64,000 nt of DNA, taken from the IMG/VR virus record IMGVR_UViG_2724679236_000008. The stretch is one strand, 5' to 3'. The DNA comes from a virus (Duplodnaviria; Heunggongvirae; Uroviricota; Caudoviricetes). The translations under genes and the position numbers were made by a program. Below, piece by piece: positions 23,295 to 33,098 of this stretch. The notes under the pieces are model-generated. The model did not search any database, was not told the origin of the DNA, and saw only the letters and a program-made list of their open reading frames with translations. Within the stretch, counting starts at the first letter, position 1; each line of letters starts with the position of its first letter.

Positions 23295-23555
23295 TTATTA
23301 ACCTCATTACTGGTTGGGAAATAAGGTTGCGGTGCCGGGTGCCTCCCGGTGTCCTTTGGCTGGTTATCCACCGTGGACGGGGAAAAGGAGAAATTAATGG
23401 ACTGATATAACCATTTCCCCGCGTGCGCTTAGCCGCATTCACCGCAATGGTAAGAGCACTTGGCTGGCTGGGCGGCGATGACGCCTGTACGCATTTGGTG
23501 ATCCGGTTCTGCTTCCGGCATTCGCTTAATTAGCCAAATACTCTTAACGTTGCGC

Positions 23556-23642
23556 TGGTGGAGAGTAATGGAATCGAACCATCATCGCTTGCGCAATGGG
23601 ACGGTTTTCAAGACCGTTTGAGCACCATGCTCCCTACTCTCC
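23556..23642 (-). tRNA. class II tRNA (long variable arm), anticodon UGA (Ser by anticodon)
   Basis: Hand fold: acceptor GGAGAGT/ACTCTCC, anticodon arm ACGGT-CTTGAAA-ACCGT, 17-nt variable arm, T-arm GATGG-TTCGATT-CCATT, CCA encoded; identity not confirmed. Confidence 0.65.
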
Positions 23643-23873
23643 GGCCGTTGTGGTGACCGGTACTGAATCTCCGGCATACGGTGCAGCCAATTAGGACTAC
23701 GGACGATCACCGCTCGCGAAAGGGAAGATTTGCGGCCGCATTTCCCTAACATCCAAGAAAGCTATCGCATCAGTCTGCGAATCCACCACAACGGAAAGAG
23801 CATTTATGGCTCGCATCGCGGGAAAAAGCCCACGGTAGAGAGTCGAACTCTACAAATACTCTTACCTGTTGTG

Positions 23874-23930
23874 CTGGTGCCGGTTAACGGATTCGAACCG
23901 CTGAGCTACACCATCACTTGCCGGGTACGT
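23874..23930 (-). other. tRNA-like 3' fragment (T-arm plus acceptor plus CCA) without a foldable 5' half
   Basis: ...GTAGCTCAGCGGTTCGAATCCGTTAACCGGCACCA; no complementary 5' acceptor strand or anticodon arm found; second T-arm-like hairpin nearby at 23835-23860. Confidence 0.3.
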
Positions 23931-24570
23931 CTCCGGCGAGGGCTTCCACCTCCGTATGCTTTTCGGCGCACCGCGCCCTGGCTGCAATTCGGTAACAGGG
24001 GATGCATAACCCTGGCTTCCAGCGTGATTAGCGCTTTCAGCATGACGGGATATACCCGTGATTGAAACTTTAATGGACCAATGTGAAACACATATGCTGT
24101 TACGCCGAATGAAAAAGGACGTAACAGGAAAGGGCACTGACCAAAAGATGGCCCCCTTCTCGCTCATCTGGTTAATCGAACCAGCGCCCTTGCCTGTTAT
24201 GCCTCCCCGTTCCCTAATACACAGACGGGGACACTCTGCGGTCGATTTTTTGACGGGGGACGACTCATACCCCGTGGCGTCAGGCTTCTTAGGCCGCTAC
24301 CATCATCAGATCATCGTTTGCATTTACTTTAATGGTCAGTTTCTAAACCGCCGCAAAGTCGCTAACCATGACGAAAACCCTGAAAAAACGCCCACCCGAA
24401 GATGGGCAAACTGGAAGCTCGTAACGCACTTCGGTGTTGCCACTTAGGCGCATGGTCAACCTGGCAACTCGGTGGTTTGTCTGGGAGGACTAGACCCAGC
24501 CATGCTTACCGCCGCGCCTGTCGCGGCTAACAGCTAAATCGCTCTATAAATCACGATTCATTGAGGCAAT

Positions 24571-24598
24571 ATTACACTAATAAATTTATTAGAGCAAT
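24571..24598. promoter_or_regulatory. two overlapping C1-operator 17-mers in opposite orientation (15/17 and 17/17)
   Basis: attacactaataaattt (24571-24587) and aaatttattagagcaat (24582-24598), overlapping the methyltransferase stop codon; likely promoter for leftward tRNA-tci-ban transcription. Confidence 0.6.
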
Positions 24599-26853
24599 AC
24601 AGCTATAACGTCATGAGCAACACCACGAGTGTCCCCCTTACAAGACACAGAACGTCTGGCAAAAAGAGGTTCCACTCTGAAGCCACTGTCCTGATAAAGC
24701 TCTCTGATGTTTGGCGCGCCACTGTTAGTAATGAGAACCTTTGCACCTCGGCGATGGGCATCCGTCAACAGAGACACCAGGCGTTTTTGCTCTTCAAACT
24801 TAAAGTCATGACCGGAATAGTTCGTGAACCCCTCTGTATTGGGGAGCGGTTCATACGGCGGATCGCAAAAGATGACATCTCCTTCTCCGGCACCTTCAAT
24901 CACCGCTGCAAAATCACCGCATACAAACTCAGACCGCCCTTCCGCACCGATGAAGGCTTCCATCTCCTGTAATGGGAAATACGGAGTTTTATACTTCCCA
25001 TAACCAACATTAAACTCACCGGCCTGGTTGTAACGCGTCAATCCGTTAAAACAATGTCGGTTCAGGAACAAAAACGCTGCTGCACGATGTAAATCATCAT
25101 AGGCTTGTTTGTTAAACGCATTCCGTACTGCCAGGTATCCATCCTGTGTGTTGTAGTCCTGGAAAAACCGATGCGCCAGAGTGATAAGTGAATGTCCCTC
25201 ACGTTGCAGAGTCCTGTAAAAGTTAATCAGGTCGGCATTCACATCATTTAGCAGATTTTCTTGATATCCGGCATTTATGAAGACAGCTCCGCCACCAACG
25301 AAAGGTTCAATCAGGCGCTTTCCGTCAGGTAAATGCCTAAAGATTTGTTCCAGAACACCAAATTTTCCACCGACCCATTTAAATATGGGACGGTCAAATT
25401 CTGCCGTTAGCTTAACTTTCCGTTCTGTTGCTTCATGATTTTCTGCCTGCTGATATGCAGCCTTAATAATCCGCTCACCAATCCATCGCATTACTGGTAT
25501 CGCCATACTATTGCCGATCGCTTTGTAACGCGGTCCGTCAGCTGAAAGCATCGCGGCCTCTTCTTCGCTTAAATCTGGATAGTGATTGCGCAGATATGCC
25601 AGTTCATCTGAATTAACTTTTTTACGCTTTTCCGTAGGGATCAACGTATACCCATCAGGAAAACCTTGGAGTCTTTCGCATTCGACAGGGGTAAGGCGGC
25701 GGACAGCTACTTCTGCGTTTCTTACTTCATAGCAAACGGCTGTTGGATTTTGAGCCATTAGAGATGGTGAAGTATTCTTAGTTGCCGCATGTTGTGTACC
25801 ACTCATACGCTCAGGAAAAGCCAATGCAACAAGATGCTCATGGCTTTCTTGCTCACGCGCCCGCAATGTACCATGTCCTTCTGACCAAAAACCTGCTCCT
25901 GTGCTGCTAAAAACGGCAAGATCAGTAGCATCTTTAAAGTCTCTTGCCTTTACTGTCGATGCAGTTTCATCGTCAATATATTCCCCAAAAGCAGCCATCC
26001 TGAAAGCGTTTACGGCTTTCGTTGATTTCATTCTGGGGTTCCCATCAGCGTGTAGGCATGGATTTATATTTTCACCACTGATTGCAGCGCCATTTGCAAT
26101 AATGGCGGAAGCGATTTCCTTCTTTTTTCGGCTCGGCGCAATATTCCGGCGCACGCCTTCGAACTCAAAAAGTACCGTTGCGGGATCGAGGTCTGTTCGA
26201 GCACTTGCGACAACAAACACGCGTCGGCGTCGTTGTGCCACTCCGAAGTATTGGGCATCAAGGATTCTCCAGGCCACCTTTCGCTGCGGTCCATAAATAC
26301 AACCACACTGCGGCCACTTTGGAGCATGGCAACCGGTTTTGACATCCCACCGCCAGAACGCGTTACTTTTTCGTGATTCAGGTCGCTCACCTGGTTCGAA
26401 TGGCGCATCTTCTCCAGCCAATCCGGCAAGGAAACATCCGAAGGCGTTATCTGCCGATGACAAGACTCCTGGGACATTTTCCCAGACGATAACGGCTGGT
26501 TTGAGAAATGACTCAGCCCGTTTGTCGTCAATTGCATTTGCAAGCTCCACATACTTTAAAGTTAGCGCGCCACGCTCATCATCAAGCCCACCACGTAATC
26601 CCGCGATACTGAATGCCTGGCAAGGTGTTCCCCCGACGAGCACATCGGGGGATTCAATTTCCCCAGCCCGGACTTTTTTGGCAAGTTTTGTCATATCGCC
26701 AAGGTTGGCGACATGGGGCCAGCGGTGCGCAAGAACGGCAGATGGAAAAGGCTCGATTTCAGCAAACCAAGCCGGACGCATACCCAACGGCTCCCAAGCA
26801 ATGCTCGCGGCTTCAATTCCACTGCAAACAGATCCATAGCACAGCTCTTTCAC
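24589..26853 (-). CDS. dmt: fused DNA methyltransferase: N-terminal C5-cytosine MTase plus C-terminal Dam-like N6-adenine MTase, 754 aa
   Basis: C5 motifs [12 protein letters not shown] and ENVPGV in N-terminal half; Dam-family FVGGGAVF and DPPY in C-terminal half. Confidence 0.85.
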   Translation of the reverse strand: MKELCYGSVCSGIEAASIAWEPLGMRPAWFAEIEPFPSAVLAHRWPHVANLGDMTKLAKKVRAGEIESPDVLVGGTPCQAFSIAGLRGGLDDERGALTLKYVELANAIDDKRAESFLKPAVIVWENVPGVLSSADNAFGCFLAGLAGEDAPFEPGERPESRKSNAFWRWDVKTGCHAPKWPQCGCIYGPQRKVAWRILDAQYFGVAQRRRRVFVVASARTDLDPATVLFEFEGVRRNIAPSRKKKEIASAIIANGAAISGENINPCLHADGNPRMKSTKAVNAFRMAAFGEYIDDETASTVKARDFKDATDLAVFSSTGAGFWSEGHGTLRAREQESHEHLVALAFPERMSGTQHAATKNTSPSLMAQNPTAVCYEVRNAEVAVRRLTPVECERLQGFPDGYTLIPTEKRKKVNSDELAYLRNHYPDLSEEEAAMLSADGPRYKAIGNSMAIPVMRWIGERIIKAAYQQAENHEATERKVKLTAEFDRPIFKWVGGKFGVLEQIFRHLPDGKRLIEPFVGGGAVFINAGYQENLLNDVNADLINFYRTLQREGHSLITLAHRFFQDYNTQDGYLAVRNAFNKQAYDDLHRAAAFLFLNRHCFNGLTRYNQAGEFNVGYGKYKTPYFPLQEMEAFIGAEGRSEFVCGDFAAVIEGAGEGDVIFCDPPYEPLPNTEGFTNYSGHDFKFEEQKRLVSLLTDAHRRGAKVLITNSGAPNIRELYQDSGFRVEPLFARRSVSCKGDTRGVAHDVIAVLL

Positions 26854-27755
26854 TGCTTAGCCTCTCCACCAAGGGCATTTACCAGAGCATCAACCAGGCT
26901 CGAAATTTCACTGGTCAACAGGAAGAAATCCGCGTCCAGGCGCTGCGCAACATCTTCACTATCAATATCAGAGTTCTGCTCAAGCAATTCATCCGCAAAT
27001 TTTACGCTGGTAAGGCTGAAGTTATGGTCCAGTGTAAATTTAATGCGGTTCTGCCAGTCGAGTGCCAACTTAGTGACGAGCTTGCCAGCTTCCAAGTGTG
27101 TGGAAATTTCATCGCTTCCCAAATCCTGCTTTTTCACTCGGGCAATACCGCCATCCTCAAGCACTGCCTTAAGTTCTGCCGCATCCCCCATTTGAAATCC
27201 CTGTGGAGCACTACCATCACGTACCCAGTCGGTCAGAGTTAATTCAATGGGATTTTCAACACTCAGGGGAACAACAGGAAGAGAACCCAGAGACTTACGC
27301 ATAAGCGCGAGCATATCCTCTGCCTGCCGCGCGCTGGCATTAATATAGATACGTTTAGTTGAACCGTCGTAGATCGCCTGGATAACAGAAAACTTTGAAA
27401 AAGCCCGTGGCAGAAGAGAATGCAGAACTTCGTCTTTCAGGGAGTCCTTCTCTGTTTTCTTCAGTTTACGCGCTTGTTCTTGCTCAAGTTTTTCAATTTT
27501 TTCTTGAATAGCTCGCTGGATAACCGGCGGGGGAAGAATTTTTGTTTCGCGCTTTGCTTCAACAAGGATAAAACCATTTCCATGCATAGCGATAACTTCG
27601 GAATTATCACCAAATGGCGATACAAAACCGAACTTGGCCATATCCTGACTACCGCATGGCGTGAAAAGGATCATTTTCTTTTTATCTTCTAAGTCGGTCA
27701 GATCCGCCTCACGAGAAAGTTTATAAATAGTAATGTTTTTCCAGTGCTTAAACAT
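26850..27755 (-). CDS. RdgC-like recombination-associated protein (P1 HrdC-like), about 301 aa
   Basis: From internal Met: [16 protein letters not shown]...[17 protein letters not shown]...[16 protein letters not shown] resembles E. coli RdgC; track ORF extends 38 codons upstream. Confidence 0.75.
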   Translation of the reverse strand: MFKHWKNITIYKLSREADLTDLEDKKKMILFTPCGSQDMAKFGFVSPFGDNSEVIAMHGNGFILVEAKRETKILPPPVIQRAIQEKIEKLEQEQARKLKKTEKDSLKDEVLHSLLPRAFSKFSVIQAIYDGSTKRIYINASARQAEDMLALMRKSLGSLPVVPLSVENPIELTLTDWVRDGSAPQGFQMGDAAELKAVLEDGGIARVKKQDLGSDEISTHLEAGKLVTKLALDWQNRIKFTLDHNFSLTSVKFADELLEQNSDIDSEDVAQRLDADFFLLTSEISSLVDALVNALGGEAKQ

Positions 27756-28104
27756 GTTGTAACCCTTGAATATCAACCACAGAAAGCTCGTCTTTGTAGA
27801 AAAAGGCCAGGTTGTGGCACCCCCTCGTTTGAGCGTATGAGCTGGGACCAATTTCGTTCTTCCAGACAAATGGCTTCAAATCCGTACGGCGAAGCATAAA
27901 AACGCGATTTGTTCCGCTCTGATTCCCAATGAGGCAAAAGCCTTCTTTCACCTTGATAGCCTGCAAGTTGTCGAGTTCACCGCTGGTTACACGGCTATCG
28001 AACTCCTTGCGGCTTATTAGCTCCATCTGCATCTGACGACTCCAAACAAATGCCCATTGAAGGGCGATGGCTGAATGGTACCGAAAACACTGCATAAAAA
28101 ACAA
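27748..28104 (-). CDS. hypothetical protein, up to 118 aa
   Basis: ORF immediately upstream of the RdgC-like gene; start uncertain. Confidence 0.4.
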   Translation of the reverse strand: MFFMQCFRYHSAIALQWAFVWSRQMQMELISRKEFDSRVTSGELDNLQAIKVKEGFCLIGNQSGTNRVFMLRRTDLKPFVWKNEIGPSSYAQTRGCHNLAFFYKDELSVVDIQGLQHV

Positions 28105-28120
28105 TATTTATTAGAGCAAT
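28104..28120. promoter_or_regulatory. C1-operator-like 17-mer (16/17) in divergent intergenic region
   Basis: atatttattagagcaat; a weaker half-site at 28176-28190. Confidence 0.5.
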
Positions 28121-28201
28121 TTTGTAATAAGAAAACACCATTAAGACCACAAATAACATAAGGTAAAATAACGAAAATTAGAGCAAATAATTGGTGATGA
28201 C

Positions 28202-28486
28202 GTGGCAAGTATTGCAACAAAAGACAGCATTTGTTCGGGGCACGGAGGATTCCCATCCAGGCCTCCTGTAGAAAGTGAACCACTACTTAAAGTCAACGGA
28301 GTCGAAGTGTTAGTTGATGGTAAGCAATATGCACAGCATACCGATGGAAACAGTACGCACGGTGGGCAAGCTATATCAACCAGGGCATGGTTTACCGTCA
28401 ATGGTAAAGGGGTCGTATGCGTTGGTGACCCTGTTTCATGCGGCTCTACCGTAGCGTCAGGAGACGGCCTGGTTCAGGTAAGTTAG
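28202..28486 (+). CDS. PAAR-like spike-tip protein, 94 aa
   Basis: Repeated ...VNG(K)...GD...C...G...V pattern (LKVNGVEVLVDG, FTVNGKGVVCVGDPVSCGS) characteristic of PAAR-like domains. Confidence 0.5.
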   Translation: MASIATKDSICSGHGGFPSRPPVESEPLLKVNGVEVLVDGKQYAQHTDGNSTHGGQAISTRAWFTVNGKGVVCVGDPVSCGSTVASGDGLVQVS

Positions 28487-28494
28487 GAGATATC

Positions 28495-29283
28495 ATGCTG
28501 GAAAAAGACTACCAGTTATCCGCATATAAAAAATTGGCCGCAGCCGGTGGGATGAAAACACCTGGTGCCATAACATCGGCACGAAACAGTGCTAACACGG
28601 CAAAACAGCTTGCAGAAGAATTGATCGGATTAATTTTGGATACAATTGTCTATCCCGACACTATTACCAGCTATGTTTCAACGATCAGAACAACCACAAC
28701 CGGCTTAACGAACATTGGAGAACTGGCAACTAAGCACGCGGACCTGTTGGCTGGTTATGCAGATCTGTCAATGCTGCTTCAACTCGATATTGGTTGGGAT
28801 GTTTACTGCCGTGCTAATGAGCGAGAAGTATCAGAACTGCCGATCTCTATTGCCATTGGTGATGTGACTATTACTAAATCGCTTGAGGATGCTGTAAACG
28901 CGCTTAATACATCAAGTTTAGTCGCTGCTATGGGGGAGATTAACCAGACCCTTAACACTGGCTCAGGAAGCTCGTCAGGCTCTGGTTCAGGCGGCGGCAC
29001 TGCCACTCCCCCACCAGCACTAACAGAAGAGCAAATTGAATCTCTGAAAGTAGCAACTGAACAGTTTGGGGTTGTTTTCAACCAGACAACAGCGCCCACA
29101 ACTGCGTTACAACAGCAGTATGAACGAGCGAATGAAAGCGCCAACGTAGCCATAACTGCTTATAACCATGCTATCGGTACCGCGCTTGCGGAAGCATCAG
29201 CAAATAAGGCCAGCACAGCCAGCGCAGTCGCCGCTTTGGTTCCTGATTCTGTTCTTGATGAATTAAACAAAGCGGCACAGTAA
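28495..29283 (+). CDS. hypothetical protein with central Gly/Ser linker, 262 aa
   Basis: ATG at 28495 after AGGAGA; GSGSSSGSGSGGGTATPPPA linker between two helical regions. Confidence 0.55.
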   Translation: MLEKDYQLSAYKKLAAAGGMKTPGAITSARNSANTAKQLAEELIGLILDTIVYPDTITSYVSTIRTTTTGLTNIGELATKHADLLAGYADLSMLLQLDIGWDVYCRANEREVSELPISIAIGDVTITKSLEDAVNALNTSSLVAAMGEINQTLNTGSGSSSGSGSGGGTATPPPALTEEQIESLKVATEQFGVVFNQTTAPTTALQQQYERANESANVAITAYNHAIGTALAEASANKASTASAVAALVPDSVLDELNKAAQ

Positions 29284-29322
29284 CAAAGGACTTCATTGAT
29301 AATTTTTCTTCAGGAGGAAGAC

Positions 29323-29745
29323 ATGTCATTCTTTTCTACGTTAAAAACAGCTTTGTCTTTGAAGGAGAAACTTGCTGCTACTGGTGTTCTTGTTCTGATT
29401 TGCGCACTTGTTGGTGCTGGGTTTGCATGGGAACGTCATCAGCTAAAGCAAGCCTTAGAGAAAGTTAACCGCCTCGATCAGGCTGTTAAGGAACGTGATA
29501 AGTCAATCAGCGAGCTTAATCAGACCATTGAGACGATGAACAAAGCGGATCAACATTTTCACAGCCAGGAAGTGAAAAATGAATCAGAACAAGCCAAGTA
29601 TGCTGACAGGCAAATGGAGCGAAAAGCAGAAGTTCAGAAACAACTGGTTGCGGCGGGTAATGTTCGCCAGCGCATTCCTGCTGACACTCAGCGGTTGCTC
29701 CGGGAGTCGATCAGCGAATTTAACTCCGACGCCGACAAAGGTTAA
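29323..29745 (+). CDS. Rz-like i-spanin candidate (N-terminal TM helix plus coiled coil), 140 aa
   Basis: AGGAGG RBS; MSFFSTLKTALSLKEKLAATGVLVLICALVGAGFAW TM segment followed by coiled-coil; overlapped by a lipoprotein ORF in +1 frame. Confidence 0.5.
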   Translation: MSFFSTLKTALSLKEKLAATGVLVLICALVGAGFAWERHQLKQALEKVNRLDQAVKERDKSISELNQTIETMNKADQHFHSQEVKNESEQAKYADRQMERKAEVQKQLVAAGNVRQRIPADTQRLLRESISEFNSDADKG

Positions 29746-29911
29746 CCACCCTGCCCCCAAAAGTGCGTTTATGTGCAGGATGCCAGAGTTTAGCAGTGAA
29801 TATTTTGATGATCTGCCAGCGTATATCCTCGATACAGAAACGATGCTGATGGGGATTAACAGGAAGAATCGCAACGTCAATGATTACAACCGTGCTATCA
29901 GCGGTAACTAA
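29660..29911 (+). CDS. Rz1-like o-spanin candidate (lipoprotein, Pro-rich), 83 aa
   Basis: Lipobox LLTLSGC, then SGSRSANLTPTPTKVNHPAPKS; starts inside the 3' end of the Rz-like gene in another frame. Confidence 0.45.
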   Translation: MFASAFLLTLSGCSGSRSANLTPTPTKVNHPAPKSAFMCRMPEFSSEYFDDLPAYILDTETMLMGINRKNRNVNDYNRAISGN

Positions 29912-29922
29912 AAGGGATTTTT

Positions 29923-30315
29923 ATGTCTGATAAAGTAACAGTTAAGCAAACTATCAACAAAGCGACTTCAATCTACAAAATTGAGCAAATCACTGTTGGC
30001 AAGCCAGGATCTGAACAATACCGTCATGCTTTCGAGCTTGCCGATCAGCTTGGTTTAAAACACCCGGATTGCATCGAGCATGTATTTCCTACCTATGCTG
30101 ATGAGCAATGTACTCATGTTCTTACCGAAGAGGATTTTTTCAGCACTGAAGAACGAGAAGGCGTTGATCGCTGCATTGGTGTGATTTGTTCTTCGGTAAG
30201 TGATGAGTTATTCCCTAATGTGCCTGAATATGGTGGTATTGGATACCAATTCCTGTACGAGGGCGATGAGCTTAAATGCTATGAACATGGTCTTCTCATC
30301 GAAAGCGTAGAATAA
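29923..30315 (+). CDS. hypothetical protein, 130 aa
   Basis: ORF with plausible RBS; followed by terminator 30331-30352. Confidence 0.5.
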   Translation: MSDKVTVKQTINKATSIYKIEQITVGKPGSEQYRHAFELADQLGLKHPDCIEHVFPTYADEQCTHVLTEEDFFSTEEREGVDRCIGVICSSVSDELFPNVPEYGGIGYQFLYEGDELKCYEHGLLIESVE

Positions 30316-30330
30316 TACCCTTCCTTCCAA

Positions 30331-30352
30331 CCGGCTATGTTGGCCGGTTTTT
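30331..30352 (+). terminator. rho-independent terminator
   Basis: ccggctatgttggccgg followed by ttttt. Confidence 0.55.
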
Positions 30353-30354
30353 CA

Positions 30355-30440
30355 CTTATCCACATTATCCACTGGGTAGATCCAATAATTAGGTCCATAC
30401 AGATCCCAATTAGATCCATATAGATCCCTGATCGTTGCAG
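30355..30440. promoter_or_regulatory. plasmid origin oriR elements: tandem DnaA boxes and GATC-containing heptamer repeats
   Basis: TTATCCACA (30357-30365) and TTATCCACT (30366-30374); repeated (t/c)agatcc units and tgatcg at 30377-30435. Confidence 0.7.
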
Positions 30441-30472
30441 GCCGCGCCACGTCTGGTTTAGAAGTGTATCGC

Positions 30473-30576
30473 GATGTGTGCTGGAGGGAAAATGATGTGT
30501 GCTGGAGGGATAAAAATGTGTGCTGACGGGTTGCTAATGTGTGCTGGTGGGATATAGGATGTGTGCTGACGGGAAA
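30473..30576. repeat. incC: five direct 19-bp iterons (GATGTGTGCTGGAGGGAAA type) upstream of repA
   Basis: Direct repeats at about 30473, 30494, 30515, 30535, 30557. Confidence 0.85.
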
Positions 30577-30632
30577 GCCTGGGTAGTTATCACCACTTAT
30601 AAAAACTATCCACATAATTCGGAAAAAGTAAT

Positions 30633-31493
30633 ATGAATCAATCATTTATCTCCGATATTCTTTACGCAGACATTGAAAGTAAGGCAAAAGAACTAACAGT
30701 TAATTCAAACAACACTGTGCAGCCTGTAGCGTTGATGCGCTTGGGGGTATTCGTTCCTAAGCCATCAAAGAGCAAAGGAGAAAGTAAAGAGATTGATGCC
30801 ACCAAAGCGTTTTCCCAGCTGGAGATAGCTAAAGCCGAGGGTTACGATGATATTAAAATCACCGGTCCTCGACTCGATATGGATACTGATTTCAAAACGT
30901 GGATCGGTGTCATCTACGCGTTCAGCAAATACGGCTTGTCCTCAAACACCATCCAGTTATCGTTTCAGGAATTCGCTAAAGCCTGTGGTTTCCCCTCAAA
31001 ACGTCTGGATGCGAAACTGCGTTTAACCATTCATGAATCACTTGGACGCTTGCGTAACAAGGGTATCGCTTTTAAGCGCGGAAAAGATGCTAAAGGCGGC
31101 TATCAGACTGGTCTGCTGAAGGTCGGGCGTTTTGATGCTGACCTTGATCTGATAGAGCTGGAGGCTGATTCGAAGCTGTGGGAGCTGTTCCAGCTTGATT
31201 ATCGCGTTCTGTTGCAACACCACGCCTTGCGTGCCCTTCCGAAGAAAGAAGCTGCACAAGCTATTTACACTTTCATCGAAAGCCTTCCGCAGAACCCGTT
31301 GCCGCTATCGTTCGCGCGAATCCGTGAGCGCCTGGCTTTGCAGTCAGCTGTTGGCGAGCAAAACCGTATCATTAAGAAAGCGATAGAACAGCTTAAAACA
31401 ATCGGCTATCTCGACTGTTCAATTGAGAAGAAAGGCCGGGAAAGTTTTGTAATCGTCCATTCTCGCAATCCAAAGCTGAAACTCCCCGAATAA
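30633..31493 (+). CDS. repA: plasmid replication initiator RepA (P1-type iteron-binding), 286 aa
   Basis: ORF flanked by iteron arrays on both sides; size and context of P1 RepA. Confidence 0.9.
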   Translation: MNQSFISDILYADIESKAKELTVNSNNTVQPVALMRLGVFVPKPSKSKGESKEIDATKAFSQLEIAKAEGYDDIKITGPRLDMDTDFKTWIGVIYAFSKYGLSSNTIQLSFQEFAKACGFPSKRLDAKLRLTIHESLGRLRNKGIAFKRGKDAKGGYQTGLLKVGRFDADLDLIELEADSKLWELFQLDYRVLLQHHALRALPKKEAAQAIYTFIESLPQNPLPLSFARIRERLALQSAVGEQNRIIKKAIEQLKTIGYLDCSIEKKGRESFVIVHSRNPKLKLPE

Positions 31494-31790
31494 GTGTGTG
31501 CTGGAGGGCAGCTGCATTCAAAAAATGTGTGCTGCCGGGAAGGCTTGTCCAATTTCCCGTTTTTGATGTGCGCTGGAGGGGGACGCCCCGCAGTTTGCCC
31601 AGACTTTCCCTCCAGCACACATCTATCCATCCATTTTTCCCTCCAGCGCACATGTAATTCTCTGCCTTTCCCTCCAGCACACATATTTGATACCTGCGAT
31701 CCCTCCACAGCACATAATTCAATGCGACTTCCCTCTATCGCACATTCTGAGCCTTCACCATCCCTCCAGCACACATCTAATAGCCTCATC
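31494..31790. repeat. incA: nine iterons (three forward, six reverse) downstream of repA
   Basis: TGTGTGCTGGAGGG-type repeats in forward orientation at 31494-31580 and as CCCTCCAGCACACAT at 31608-31785. Confidence 0.85.
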
Positions 31791-31886
31791 GCCATTTCAT
31801 TACGTGCAATAATTGACGGATGAATCAAAAAAAGTTGCACGTAGCAGAATCCAACGTACAATTCACTCATACGAAATGATAAGGAG

Positions 31887-33098
31887 ATGATGATGAAACG
31901 CGATTATGGCGGTGTCGGCACCATAGCTCTTCGTGCAAGCGCATTACTTAAAGCCATGAGTCAGGATATTGAAGATCAGCGCAAAGAGTTCAATCAGACC
32001 GAGTATTATCAGACGTTCACTCGTAACGCTGTGGCAAAGTTGCCGAAGCTGAGCCGCCGCATTGTGGAGCAGGCCATCAAAGAGATGGAAGATGATGGGT
32101 ACCAGTTCAACAAGAAACAGGTCGGCAACGTTGAACAGTACGCGCTGACCATCCAGAACGTCATTGATATCTATGCCCACCGTAAGATCCCCAAATATCG
32201 CGACATTCACAAATCTCCTTACGTTATTTTTGTCGTAAACCTGAAGGGTGGTGTATCCAAAACGGTTTCCACAGTCACGCTGGCGCACGCGTTGCGTGTG
32301 CATCAGGATTTACTGCGTCACGATCTGCGCATTCTGGTTATTGACCTTGACCCGCAGGCATCCAGCACAATGTTCCTCGACCATACTCACAGTATTGGTT
32401 CCATTCTGGAAACAGCCGCGCAGGCGATGCTGAACGACCTGGACGCGGAGACGTTACGCAAAGAGGTGATTCGTCCGACCATCGTTCCTGGCGTAGACGT
32501 GATTCCAGCCTCTATCGACGATGGCTTTGTTGCCAGTCAATGGAAAGAGCTGGTTGAAGAGCATCTTCCTGGACAAAATCAGTACGAAATCCTTCGTCGC
32601 AATATCATTGATCGTGTTGCGGACGATTATGACTTTATCTTTATCGATACCGGTCCGCACCTGGATCCGTTCCTGCTTAACGGTCTGGCGGCCAGCGATC
32701 TGCTGCTTACTCCTACCCCACCAGCCCAGGTTGACTTCCACTCAACACTGAAATATCTCACCCGTCTGCCAGAAATGCTGGAGCAACTGGAGGAGGAAGG
32801 CGTTGAACCGCGTTTAAGCGCCAGCATCGGTTTTATGTCGAAGATGACCGGCAAGCGCGATCACGAGACATCACACAGCCTTGCGCGTGAGGTTTATGCC
32901 AGCAACATTCTGGACTCTTCTTTGCCTCGTCTGGATGGCTTTGAGCGATGCGGCGAGTCTTTCGACACCGTAATCAGTGCTAACCCGCAATCGTATCCAG
33001 GCAGTGCTGAGGCGCTGAAGAAGGCACGAACTGAGGCCGAGCGTTTCACTAAGGCTGTGTTTGATCGGATTGAGTTTGTTAGGGGTGAGGCGGCATGA
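31887..33098 (+). CDS. parA: partition ATPase ParA (SopA/ParA Walker-type), 403 aa
   Basis: Deviant Walker A NLKGGVSKTVSTVTLAHAL, IDLDPQASST; long N-terminal HTH extension typical of type Ia ParA. Confidence 0.9.
   Translation: MMMKRDYGGVGTIALRASALLKAMSQDIEDQRKEFNQTEYYQTFTRNAVAKLPKLSRRIVEQAIKEMEDDGYQFNKKQVGNVEQYALTIQNVIDIYAHRKIPKYRDIHKSPYVIFVVNLKGGVSKTVSTVTLAHALRVHQDLLRHDLRILVIDLDPQASSTMFLDHTHSIGSILETAAQAMLNDLDAETLRKEVIRPTIVPGVDVIPASIDDGFVASQWKELVEEHLPGQNQYEILRRNIIDRVADDYDFIFIDTGPHLDPFLLNGLAASDLLLTPTPPAQVDFHSTLKYLTRLPEMLEQLEEEGVEPRLSASIGFMSKMTGKRDHETSHSLAREVYASNILDSSLPRLDGFERCGESFDTVISANPQSYPGSAEALKKARTEAERFTKAVFDRIEFVRGEAA

Noticed and set aside
23730-24065. 111-aa forward ORF
   Set aside because: It spans the tRNA-like elements and has no RBS or protein-like composition; judged spurious.
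24140-24230. Possible additional tRNA (ggttaatcgaacc-like segment)
   Set aside because: It folds only as a 6-bp hairpin with a 5-nt loop; no acceptor stem or anticodon arm.
30352-30645. 97-aa reverse-strand ORF with repeated HTSFSLQ-like peptide units
   Set aside because: It is a translation of the incC iteron array and oriR; the repetitive peptide is an artefact of the DNA repeats.
31393-31870. Three overlapping ORFs (109-154 aa) with repeated CAGG/WRE motifs, and possible CRISPR-like array
   Set aside because: They run across the incA iterons. The repeats are 19-bp iterons in both orientations with short irregular spacing and flank repA, so this is not a CRISPR array and not coding.
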